From the NCBI GenBank assembly GCA_002269645.1, contig NIVC01000629.1:186001-250000 (forward strand): a stretch of DNA of 64,000 bases, in the 5' to 3' direction. This document shows positions 50,283-60,540 of the stretch, piece by piece. The DNA is from Macrostomum lignano (taxonomy: Eukaryota). How positions within the stretch are numbered: the stretch's first letter is position 1; every line of letters starts with the position of its first letter. The position numbers and the translations under genes were made by a program. A model generated the notes under the pieces. It was given only the letters and a program-made list of their open reading frames with translations. It did no database searches and was not told the DNA's origin.

Positions 50283-53200
50283 CTGCGGTTTTCAGTAGGA
50301 CAGGTGGGATATTTATTTGTGTTTCCAGCTTAGTTATCAAATTGGTATTTTTAGGCTTGAAAATCTCACCAAGGAAAGATTAAGATAGGTAATCCAACTC
50401 TTACCTGGGAAACCCTAACATAGGAAATCCCACTCTCACCTGAGGGAACCCTAACAGGAAATCCCACTCTCACCCGAGGGAACCCTAACATAGGAAATCC
50501 CACTCTCACCCGAGGGAACCCTAACATAGGAAATCCCACTCTCACCTGAGGGAACCCTAACAGGAAATCCCACTCTCACCTGGGGAACCCTAACATAGGA
50601 AATCCCACTCTCACCTGAGGGAACCCTAACAGGAAATCCCACTCTCACCCGAGGGAACCCTAACATAGGAAATCCCACTCTCACCCGAGGGAACCCTAAC
50701 ATAGGAAATCCCACTCTCACCTGGGGAAACCCTAACATAGGAAATCCCACTCTCACCTGGGGAAACCCTAACATAGGAAATCCCACTCTCACCCGAGGGA
50801 ACCCTAACATAGGAAATCCCACTCTCACCTGGGGAAACCCTAACATAGGAAATCCCACTCTCACCGAGGGAACCCTAACATAGGAAATCCCACTCTCACC
50901 CGAGGGAACCCTAACATAGGAAATCCCACTCTCACCTGGGGAAACCCTAACATAGGAAATCCCACTCTCAACTGGGGAAACCCTAACATAGGAAATCCCA
51001 CTCTCACCTGAGGGAACCCTAACATAGGAAATCCCACTCTCACCCGAGGGAACCCTAGCATAGGAAATCCCACTCTCACCTGAGGGAACCCTAACATAGG
51101 AAATCCCACTCTCACCTGAGGGAACCCTAACATAGGAAATCCCACTCTCACCTGAGGGAACCCTAACATAGAAAATTCCACTCTCACTTGGGGAAACCCT
51201 AACATAGGAAATCCCACTCTTACCTAGGAAATCTCTCTTAAACTGTAACTCCTCATGCTAAAATGCATAATTTTTAGATACAAGGAAGTTTCTCTCCCCT
51301 AGGAAATCTCTCTCTCTCCACTAAGAAAGATCACTCTCACTTAGAAAATCTCACTATCCCCTAGGGAATCTCATTCTCACAGGAAATTTCTCCTTCCACT
51401 AGGAAATCTCACTCTCTCCTAAGGAATCTCTCTCTCAGACACTCTGCTAGGAAATCTCTCCCTTCACTGGGAAATCTCTCTTTCATCTAGGAAATAGCAC
51501 TCTCTACATTCTCTCTCTCATCCAGGAAATCTCACCCTCACCTAGGAAATCTCACTCTCACTAAGGAAATCTCACTCTCACCCTGGAAATCTCACTCTCT
51601 CCTAGGAAATCTGAATTTCTAATAGTCCATAACGCATTTCCGCGGGAACGCTGTCGCAGACCGCACACCCACCTGCACATAGTCGAGCTTGCCGGCGGCG
51701 AATTGTCGCAGAGCATCGGCGGCCTCGTCCGACACATTGAACCCGACGCCGGCCAGGGTCTGCTGGCGCTCGTCGATGCCGGCCTGCACCCGCTCCATCT
51801 CGCGCACCATGGCCCGCTCCTCTTCGGCCTGGGTGAGCGGCGGCGGCGCGCTAGCGGAGGCCAAGTGGCGATCGTAGCCGCTCAGGCAGAGATCCTCAGG
51901 CTGGGTGCCGGTCAGGGTGCCTTCCGAGGCCAGGTGCTCGCCGCCAAATGCCCGCTTGACGGTGGCGGCGGTGGCGCTGTACAGCATCTTGGCCCTGATC
52001 GGGGCGGAGTCGTGCACGTACTGCATGAACAGCCACTGGTAGCCATACGAGTTTGTCGAGTCCAATCTGTAGAACAGGTAGCAGGCGCCGCCTTTGACCA
52101 GGTGCGGAGTCAAGCACTCGTCGAACTGATCACGCCAGGTGGCGCCGGGCCTGACCTGTGCGCGGGTCTCCAGCTCTAGGGACTCATCGCGAATCACAAC
52201 TTTGAGGAATCGCCAGTTGCTGTCTTCGGCGACAGCTTCGGCGAAGGCCTGCGAGAGCTCGTCATTTCCTGGCGGCATGGGTGTAGACTAATTAGATGAC
52301 GAGGCATTATCAAAGTCATAGTGCTACTCATAGTTCTTGCTGATTACCCAACTGATATTAATGGGATGAAATGCACTTTCAATCAATGAATCAAGTAGAC
52401 TAAAATTGCTATACATATAAATAAGTAATTAGGCTAATTTTTGGCTTGGGCTGCTGTAGCCCCCCCCCCCCGAGGCCCAAAAAGGTCAAGAATCTAGGCC
52501 AAAAACATGGCCCAGGACCAATACAAAAAAGTCAAGAATTTGGTTCAAAACATTTTTGTTATAAAAGTAAAAGAAAAAAACTATTGGTAATTGGAAAACA
52601 TTTATCAGAAATCAAAAACAGAAATATATTTAATTTTTGCTTAAAATTGCTATTTTCTTATTTCTTGTTGGCTATTAACCTTGGCTATTAGCTTTAAGTA
52701 TTATAGCTTAAAGTTCAAAAATTCAAATGCAGTATTTTCTAAGAAATAATAAGTTTTAATTGTAGAAAAAGAATATACAAGAAAAAAAAATTATTATAAA
52801 ACAAGCACTATATTATTATAAAAAGAGCACTACATCATGATTAATATTTAAATATTAATTATTTTGGATAAGCCCACTTTTAAGATTAATATAGTTCAAA
52901 TAAATACCTAAAGATCAGTTTTCTAATTCTCTTTTAATGTAAATGTAATGCTTAGTGGCTTTGCTTTTAAATGCAATAACTTTGCTTTATTGTAGGCCTA
53001 ACTAGGATAGAAGGCCCAAGAAAGCCAAGAAAGGTATCCTTTTGCAAGCTTGCTCTTACTTATAAACATTTCTAATAATCCTGAAAGTTGCTTAGTAAGT
53101 TTGATTTGGTTTATTAATTTTTATAGGATGAAAAACCCCAATTCTGGAGAATTAAGAACTGCTAAAAGTGAGAATTACTCAGTAGCCTAAGAAAGATTAC

Positions 53201-56200
53201 CTTAGAGCAATAAATCACCATAGAGTATTAAAATCGCCTCATGGTAATAAAATGCTTATAAGCTGTGACCCTCTGATCTTGGGAATGCCCAGGACTGAGA
53301 GAAGAACCCTTTATCGAAATAAAATAGGAATAGGATAGAAAGTGCCATAGAACCATTCAGTCTAGTAGATAAATACATGCACTACTAGTAGACAAATGTA
53401 TACACTACTAGAAGTAGGCCTACATTCATGCAACATCTGTAAAAGTATAAGCATTAGGAACTAATAGAATAACATTTGGTGGCAGCAATTGAGATTAAAA
53501 AAAAGAACTTTGGCCTTTTAACAATTCTGGTAACAGCAGCAAGATCATCTCAGAGGATAGAAATTAGCCCTGAGACAGCTTCTAGTGGCATAATGGTAGG
53601 ATTTGCTATAGTACAGGAAACAGCCCTATTACAGCTTTTGGTAGTATCAGTGGAAATATTCTAGAAGGCAAAAGTAATCCCTATTATAACATAGAATGCA
53701 TCTAGGATTTTGTACAAAAATTCCATCCTAGTCACATATAGATCTAACTTAATTGTATTATTTAAAGCTCTTAGTGCTATAACTTGATATATATAGACTT
53801 AAGAATTTTCAGACATACTAATGACTAATTGGTAGACTAAATATGAGTCTGACTCTATAAATATTATTAGACAAGAAGGTATAGACCTTCTTGAAAATCA
53901 TTATCAACTAAAGAACTTATAGAATAATTTTATCATTTTAGAGGTTCTACTTTCATTAATAAAACCATTTGTATTATACTAGGCCTAGGGGCCTATTTAT
54001 TAACACTATCAAAAGTCAAAAAACAAAATATATAAAATATATTTCCCAAAAATTTTGAATAATAAAATTTGGTAAAAAGCTGTTTTACAAACTAGAATAC
54101 TTTGTCTTTAATAATACATCATTATAGTAAAATTAATAAAAGACACATTGACTAAAGTTAAGCCCTAAAAATCCTGGCTATAGCCTAATAGCTATCTAAT
54201 ACAAATAGAATTGAGATTGGCAATTTTCTTCTTTCATTTAATAAATTAATTTTTCATTTGAAAACAAACAGTACTAACTTAAAATGACAAAAACGATAAT
54301 AGTATATTGTGGAAACTTTTGTAGCATTTAAAAAAGTATGGAATTGAAATTGCGCCAAGGCATGTAAGAAAGTGAAGCAACAACTGTCTTTTAGCAACTG
54401 TCTATGGTTAAAACTGCAGGGATATCACTAGAAAACATGATGAAGTTCAAAAGTCAAAACTTTGAAGTTTGGTTTATAGGGGTAATAGTGGGCAATCCAA
54501 AAGAGTACGTTGCGTCGTTGCCAAAGGTGTTCTGTGGGTGAATCTTCTGCCACATGAATTCCTTGAGATGTGACTCAAAGAGGGCCTGGCTTATACCATG
54601 CATAGCTCTGAACTTTGCCTTACAGTGCACCTATGTCCCCTTGATGAGGTTTGTGTGCACAGTTGGGTCTTGAGGATTGACAAATGAGAGCTGGTGGTTG
54701 ACAACAGCATGATTCTGGAGCTATATATATGCTTGCTATCCATCAGTAATCACACATATACTAGGGAGAATGTGGCATTGAATCAAAGGTAGCAGCATTG
54801 CAATGGTGCGGTTAGGAACAGCCATCATCATACACTTCCTGGCACCACATTCAACCTTGCCTAGTACTTACTGTCTAGGCTAGTGGGCACCTTGGTGTTA
54901 CTTTCGATGAAAGAAATAGGATTTGTCTATCTCTACATCTCTACCAGGACCACCTAGTTCCAGTGGATAGTCAATCAGGTACTGAGAACAGATGTCCCTG
55001 ATGAAGTTTTGCCAGTCAATAATAGCATTATGACCAATGTTGCATTGTTGTTGACATTTACCCTGCTTTGCTTCTGTAGCCCACTACCAAAATGAGATCT
55101 AGTAGTTGCTGCAGTGTAAGATGACTAGCTTAAAAAATGAGCCTTTCCAAATTGACACCTGGGCATGACAGTTGGTGCATGCCCATGCCAGTCTATCTAA
55201 GAACCAGTCACCCATATGCCATTGCAATCGCATTTGTGGTGCCATTATATCGCTGGCGCCACCTCCAAGGCAGATCAAGCAAGACCATTGGTTTGCAATA
55301 AGATGATATGTTTCCATCTAGTTGATAATGTCTTGAGGTGTTGTCGTGATAATGGTGAGCTCCTGCATTGTGAAATTAATGTTGCACAGCTCCAGTGCGA
55401 GATGCACTTGCCTAGGGGGTACTATAAATGCCACATTCAGGATCTTGTCATATGCGCCGGAAATTTGTGGTGCATATTCGCAATAGCTGGCATACACTTG
55501 GCGCACAAAATTTTTGAAAGGGTCTTTTGGTAAACACCTTGCCGTATATACAATTGGCGCACCTTGCATGGCATACACACATGGCACACACTGCATGGTG
55601 CACATGCATAGCACACACTGGCTGGAGGAGGCTGCACCATGGCTACTGCAAAAGACAAAATCAAAGAATGTAAAGTACATGAAATGTGAAATTTTGCACA
55701 AAGTTTAATAATGATTTTGCAAATGTATTGTAATGACAATTGACAACCGTTGCTTCATTTAAAATATTCTTTAAATCATGTTTTATTTTTCCTTTTTATT
55801 CTTTATTTTAGAAATTAAAAACATAAATCCTCAAATCCTTAATTTATAGTCTTTACTTGCAATTACACGAACATTACAACTTACAATATATCGTGATTAG
55901 GATTTAGGACTGGCACACCTGGCACACTTATGCATTTTGCCTGGCATACTTCATGCATACCAAAAAGCTTTTTGGGGTGGCTTCTGGCACATACATATCA
56001 TGATCCTGACTATAGTATAAATATAGGTGCTGCAGGGTAACATGTTGAATATAATTGTAGTTGACTAAAAACATAAGTAGCAGTAGCTGACTAAAAACTT
56101 AAAAGGACTTGTAAATTATTTTTGTTGTATCCCCCTTCTAGTTTTCTAGTGATATCCTCATAGTTTTAACCATAGACAATTGCTAAAAGACAGTTGTTGC

Positions 56201-57354
56201 TTCACTTTCTTATATGCCTTGGCGCAATTTTAATTTCATGCTTTTCTAAATGCTACGAAGGTTTCCACAACATAGGCCTACTCTTATCCCATAGTTAGGA
56301 AGGTGGCCTCTGAGGGGGAAAATTCCTGCGCACACAAAGGGTCTCGGCGCACATTGGCGCACAAGCACGGCGCACACAAGGGGTCCTTGGTGCACTTGGC
56401 CCACAATCATGGCGCACACTAAGGTCCCTAGTATATGCGGCGCATAATTGTGGCGCATAAGGTCCTTGACATGCATGAAAATTATAATGCAAATTAACAA
56501 TTTTACATAAAATAAAGGAGATTTGTATAGTCTAGAAAGTCAATGATAAACTTTTTGCTTCTTTAAAATTAACAGTACATAAAATTAGTATCAATTATTG
56601 CTAAAAACCTCAATTTTGCATTACTTTATTTGTAGGTATAATTTAAGTTTGTTTAAAATGAAAATATGTGTAACATTTTAAAAAGGTTTTTCGTACGAAA
56701 GCCTTTCTTAGAAAACTCTACTTGTGAAGAGTGGCGCACAGATGGTGCACAGACAGCGCACAAATGGCGCATAGATAGCGCATAGATGGTGCACAAATCG
56801 TCCCAAAAAAATTATTCCGGCGCACACTGTGCCACCTTCCTGACTATGGCTCTTATCATTTTTTGTCGTTTAAAGTTAGTACTGTTTGTGTTCAAAAGAA
56901 AAATTAATTTAATGAATGAAAGAGGAAAATTGCCTTGAGATTATATTAACTGAGTTACAGATACATTAAATCTAGTTAAAAAAATAGACTTGCTATAATT
57001 TGGCTCTTTGGGGCCCTAAACTAGGGCACAGGCCAACAAAAGAAACAATAATTTAAATGCTTCCACTTAAATTTTTGCAGAAAGATCATGGCATGATAAG
57101 AAAAAAGCATCAAAATTTTCTGAATTACAACTATATTGTATTGGATATAGGATATTTTATAAATCGTTTTATGTAGATTGTCAGATATTTTTTACCCTAA
57201 ATCTAGTTTTCCGTCGCAATTAATGCTTCAGCTTCAGTCTGTAGGTTGGTTGTACTGTGCTTTTTAACTCTTTAGTTCTTCAATTGGAAAAAAAATCTGG
57301 TGTTTTATACAAATAATCTGTACACTCACCTCTGATTCCTGTCTGATGAGCCAT
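49878..57354 (-). CDS. TWF1: Twinfilin (two ADF-H domains), complete; exons 57354-57330, 52268-51673, 50282-49878; about 341 aa
   Basis: MAHQTGIRG|NDELSQAF...CYLFYRLDS...KMLYSATAATVKRAFGG...APPPLTQAEEE...YVQ|VSI...PRYHLFRYRH...YSMPGYKCPIKERMVYSS...KFGKPKPPGRRGGK*. Splice phases 1 and 0 are consistent. Confidence 0.95.
50400..51610. repeat. 36-bp minisatellite plus a degenerate AGGAAATCTC repeat filling twinfilin intron 2
   Basis: Unit GGAACCCTAACATAGGAAATCCCACTCTCACCCGAG over about 50400-51230; contains CCCTAA. Confidence 0.95.
51673..52268 (-). CDS. TWF1: Twinfilin exon 2 (ADF-H1 and linker)
   Basis: GCCGCCAG acceptor, GTGGGT donor. Confidence 0.93.
55431..56015. mobile_element. MITE (CCAYA(G/T)TCAGGA termini) inserted near the start of the Merlin transposase
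   Basis: Imperfect TIRs of about 30 bp; TSD TATAAATG/TATAAATA (7 of 8 match); GGCACA/GGCGCA subterminal motifs. Confidence 0.7.
56289..56849. mobile_element. MITE with CCATAGT(T/C)AGGAAGGTGGC TIR inserted in the Merlin right TIR
   Basis: 19-bp TIR with 1 mismatch; perfect 8-bp TSD CTCTTATC (56281-56288, 56850-56857); many GGCGCA subterminal motifs. Confidence 0.9.
57330..57354 (-). CDS. TWF1: Twinfilin exon 1 (MAHQTGIRG)
   Basis: Matches the conserved MSHQTGI start; GTGAGT donor. Confidence 0.9.
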
Positions 57355-58423
57355 TGCGATGTATGATCCTAGAAGTGGCCAACTAATTTATTATCTTGTC
57401 AAAAGCGTCGTCGACGTTACAATTTGGAGTAAGAAGTCACTAAGTGTTTTTCTTGTAAACGAAGGACTGATTTCTTGTAAAACAGTTTGAAAAGTTTTTA
57501 CGAGCTATTTTCGTCGTAGTTTAAATGAAGTTCACGGCCGCAACTATAAATCCATTTTTGCAGATTTTTAATTATATAAATCAGCTGGGGGTGTGGTAAC
57601 AGGGATGCAACTAGGCGGGTGTGAGAGTTGGCTTAGCTTAACAAATAATAGTGTGTCGATGCTAGTCTACAACCTCACCGGCATTGGATTGTGGACTTTA
57701 TGACCCGATAAAGGACGACCCAAAAAAATCCAAGCCCAAAGCCAACTGTAGGCCACCTCCTTGAGCTTCGGGGAATGAAAAATATCGCAATTAAAAGGAG
57801 CTAGGTCAAACGAATATATGCACGGAGGCTGAAACATTTTTTAGAGTGACGTGCACTTGCATAAACATGCGAAATCATCTCGAGAAACTCACTCACTCCT
57901 GATTACATGTATCAACACGTAACTTCGATCGTACGCTACCCTGTCGACGGCTGCAACCCCTGTACCGTCCACCGGACATTGGCAGAACTACAAGATAAAT
58001 TTTGTCTTGATAAATTAAATAAAAATGAATTACAAGATAAATTTTGTAGGCCGCGGTTATTTGTTTAATTGGAATTGCACAACACGTCGATATTGGATAG
58101 CAAGTTCTGCAAGTGGCCTGTCGTACAAGAGTTGCCGCAACTGTCGCAGTATATTAATTAGTAGCTGCGCACAAATTGGTGGGCTTCTGAGCCGCTCTAA
58201 ATCAGTGTTGTCGGCGATTTGACCACGCGAAATTGCTTGCTGAACCTTTGCTCTGACGTACATATGGAAGCTCTTGCATCCGCATCCGGCTTGAAACCAT
58301 GCAGCTCGCTCTAATGCTTCAGCCAGATAAGAGGATTCGTAATTATATTGTATTAGTAATACAAGCTGGCAACAATTAACTGATCTCAGCGCTGCACATG
58401 CAGCCTCGTGAAACTGTCGATTA

Positions 58424-58424
58424 T

Positions 58425-58482
<58 letters not shown>

Positions 58483-60540
58483 AATATAACGTTGTTAGTT
58501 AGTCAGCAGACAACGTCACATGGCGCGTTTTGAGGCCTGGGCGCGAACGTAGGCCGCACTGCCGGCAGTGTCCGGGGTTGCCGGCATCAGTCAGCAGACA
58601 GTCGACGAAACGCCGAGTGCGCGCCCTGCCCCCGCCGGTAGGGTGCCTGCAGCGTCAGCAGCAGCACCTCCTGCACCGGCTGTAGACAGTACGACTCGGC
58701 TCAGATGATGTGGCCTGCCAGCTGGAGTCGTCGATGGCGCAACAGTTCTTCTTCTTCTTCTTCGGGCGCGCTCGGGCCAGGGCCCATGGCACCGGGCGTC
58801 AGATGGCGCCCGCCTTCCCGAGGAAGTTCAAAACCGCGACGCAGTTCTCGAAGACTGCCGCGGGCTCCGGGCTTGGCCCCCAGAGGCGGCAGCGGTGTGG
58901 AGTCAGGGCGGGGCAGGAGATCAGCAGATGGGCCGCCGTCTCCTCTCCATCGCCACAGAAGCGGCAGGTGGGGGCCACGTCAATGCTGATGGCGGCCTGG
59001 AAGCCCCGCAGGGCCGGGCAGCGGTCGGCGCGCAGCTGGCAAATCAGCCGCTCCTGCCGCCGCGTGAGGTCGCTCGTCGGCGGAGGCGGCAGGCGGCCCG
59101 TCGTGCAGGCAAGGTGCCAGGCCAGCGAGCTCGTGCTCGCCGCCTCGGTGGCCGCCGCGTTGTAGGTTTGGTGCCAGCGGGCGAGGCAGTGGGGGCGGAC
59201 GGCAGCGTGCGCGGCAGCCAAACGGGACGGGCGCGGTGCCTTGCGCCAGCGTGGAGCCTCGCTTGGCGATCTCGTCCACGGCCTCGTTGCCGGGGATTCC
59301 CGCGTGGCCAGGCACCCACTGCAGGTGGACCGAGGTTCTCCGGGCCGCGAGGTCGGCGAGGCTGGCCCAGACGGCGTCGATCATGGTGGCGCCCGTCGAC
59401 TCAGGGCCGGACGCGAGCGCGCTGAGCGCGCTCAGGGAGTCAGAGCAGATGCGGACCGGCGACAGCTCTGCCGGTGTCGGGCTCGACCAGGACGCGCTGC
59501 CGCCGTCCAGGATGCCGTACTTCGCCGCTCCGTCGCGAGGACCTGTCGGACCTGTCCGACCTGTCCGTCGGTCCAGACCACAATGCCGGCGGGCGGCAGG
59601 GCGGCAAGCGTCTCTGGGACGTTCGCTGGGACGGGACAGGCCGGCGCGGCGATAGAGTGCCGCATTGTAGACGTGCTCGTAGCCGATCTTGAAGGCGACG
59701 CGCAGCAGGCCAGCGTGCGCTGCATCGACCAGCTGTTCGAGTGAATCCTTCAGCGTCCAGGTTTCGGTTGTACACCAGGACGGTCGATCACCGCCTGGAA
59801 CAGGTCCTCTGGCGGTCGGGCATGGCCTCGAACTACAGCTGACAGCCCTCACGGAACGCCCAGGCAAGCCCGGGCAAGTCCAGGGCGACGTCACAGGTCC
59901 TCGCGAACGTTAGGCACCACAGACTGCCGAGGTAGACGAACTGCTGACAGCACGGAAGCTTCGTCACCTGCCCTTCAGCGCCTCGGCAGAAAATTGCAGC
60001 ATCGATGTCGTCCGGCACGCAGAGCACGACGGTCTTCTGCGCGTTGCATTGACCACCAGGCCGACGCTCGTCGCAACACTTACCAGCGAGTCCAGCTGGC
60101 GTTGGGCGCCCTCGACGGTCGAGGACAACAGGGCGAGATCGTCGTCGTAGCCAAGCACGCTGAGCCGCCTCTCCGGTTGGCGTCGACCCATGCGTCGCTT
60201 CAGCAGGAAGCCGTCGTCGTTAGAAGGGAGAGCAGTCCGCAGCACCCAGTCAAGCACCAGAACAAACAGGAACGGCGCAAGCGTATCTCCCAGAAGCACC
60301 CCATGAGAGGATGTCTCAAAGAGATCCGACAGGCCGTCCGGTGTTAGCACAGCAGCGCTCGTGCCATTACAGCGCCATGACAGCGAAAATCAGCTGCTCT
60401 GGCACGTTGTACGCACGAAGCACCATTGGGAGCACGGCCCTCACGACCGAGTCGAAAGCCTTCCTGGAGTCAAAAAGAGAGCAATCAGGCTCGACTGGCG
60501 GGTCCGCGCTTCCTCGATGACTCAGCAAAGAGCCATCGAG
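58424..60540 (-). mobile_element. 5'-truncated, frameshifted RTE-like non-LTR retrotransposon with a (TTG)n tail, split by a nested LINE
   Basis: RT motifs DSRKAFDSV, GVLLGDTLAPFLFVLVLD, LGYDDDLALL and FVYLGS. C-terminus ETWTLKDSLEQ...LYRRAGLSRPSE is continued by LLRHRRLQLAGHII after the insertion. About 19 TTG units at 58424-58481. Confidence 0.88.
58749..59620 (-). mobile_element. 5'-truncated RNase H-bearing LINE (I-group-like) with a (GAA)n tail, nested in the RTE element
   Basis: VVWTDG...ICSDSLSAL...LQWVPGHAGIPGNEAVDEIAK (RNase H), then the C-terminal zinc knuckle CRFCGDGEETAAHLLISC, stop at 58799, (GAA)5 tail, and GAAC repeated at both junctions. Confidence 0.88.

Larger units (their letters stand above)
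54219..56934 (-). mobile_element. Decayed, formerly autonomous Merlin transposon in twinfilin intron 1, with two nested MITEs
   Basis: About 215-bp TIRs starting GGCAATTTTC and 8-bp TSD TTGAGATT (54211-54218, 56935-56942). Minus-strand pseudogene at about 56043-54475 reads IVPP..., QMRLQ...KGSFF, LGGPGRDVEID(K)SYFFHRK, VITDG*QAY, VVNH...FVNP...VHTNLI(K)GT*, SHLKEFMW. Confidence 0.92.

Noticed and set aside
51619-52278. Twinfilin starting at ATG 52278 (MPPG...)
   Set aside because: That ATG is intronic; the conserved MAHQTGI exon at 57354 splices in phase to 52268.
58057-58420. 141-aa minus-strand ORF
   Set aside because: Its start is the poly-Leu translation of the (TTG)n LINE tail and no domain is recognisable.
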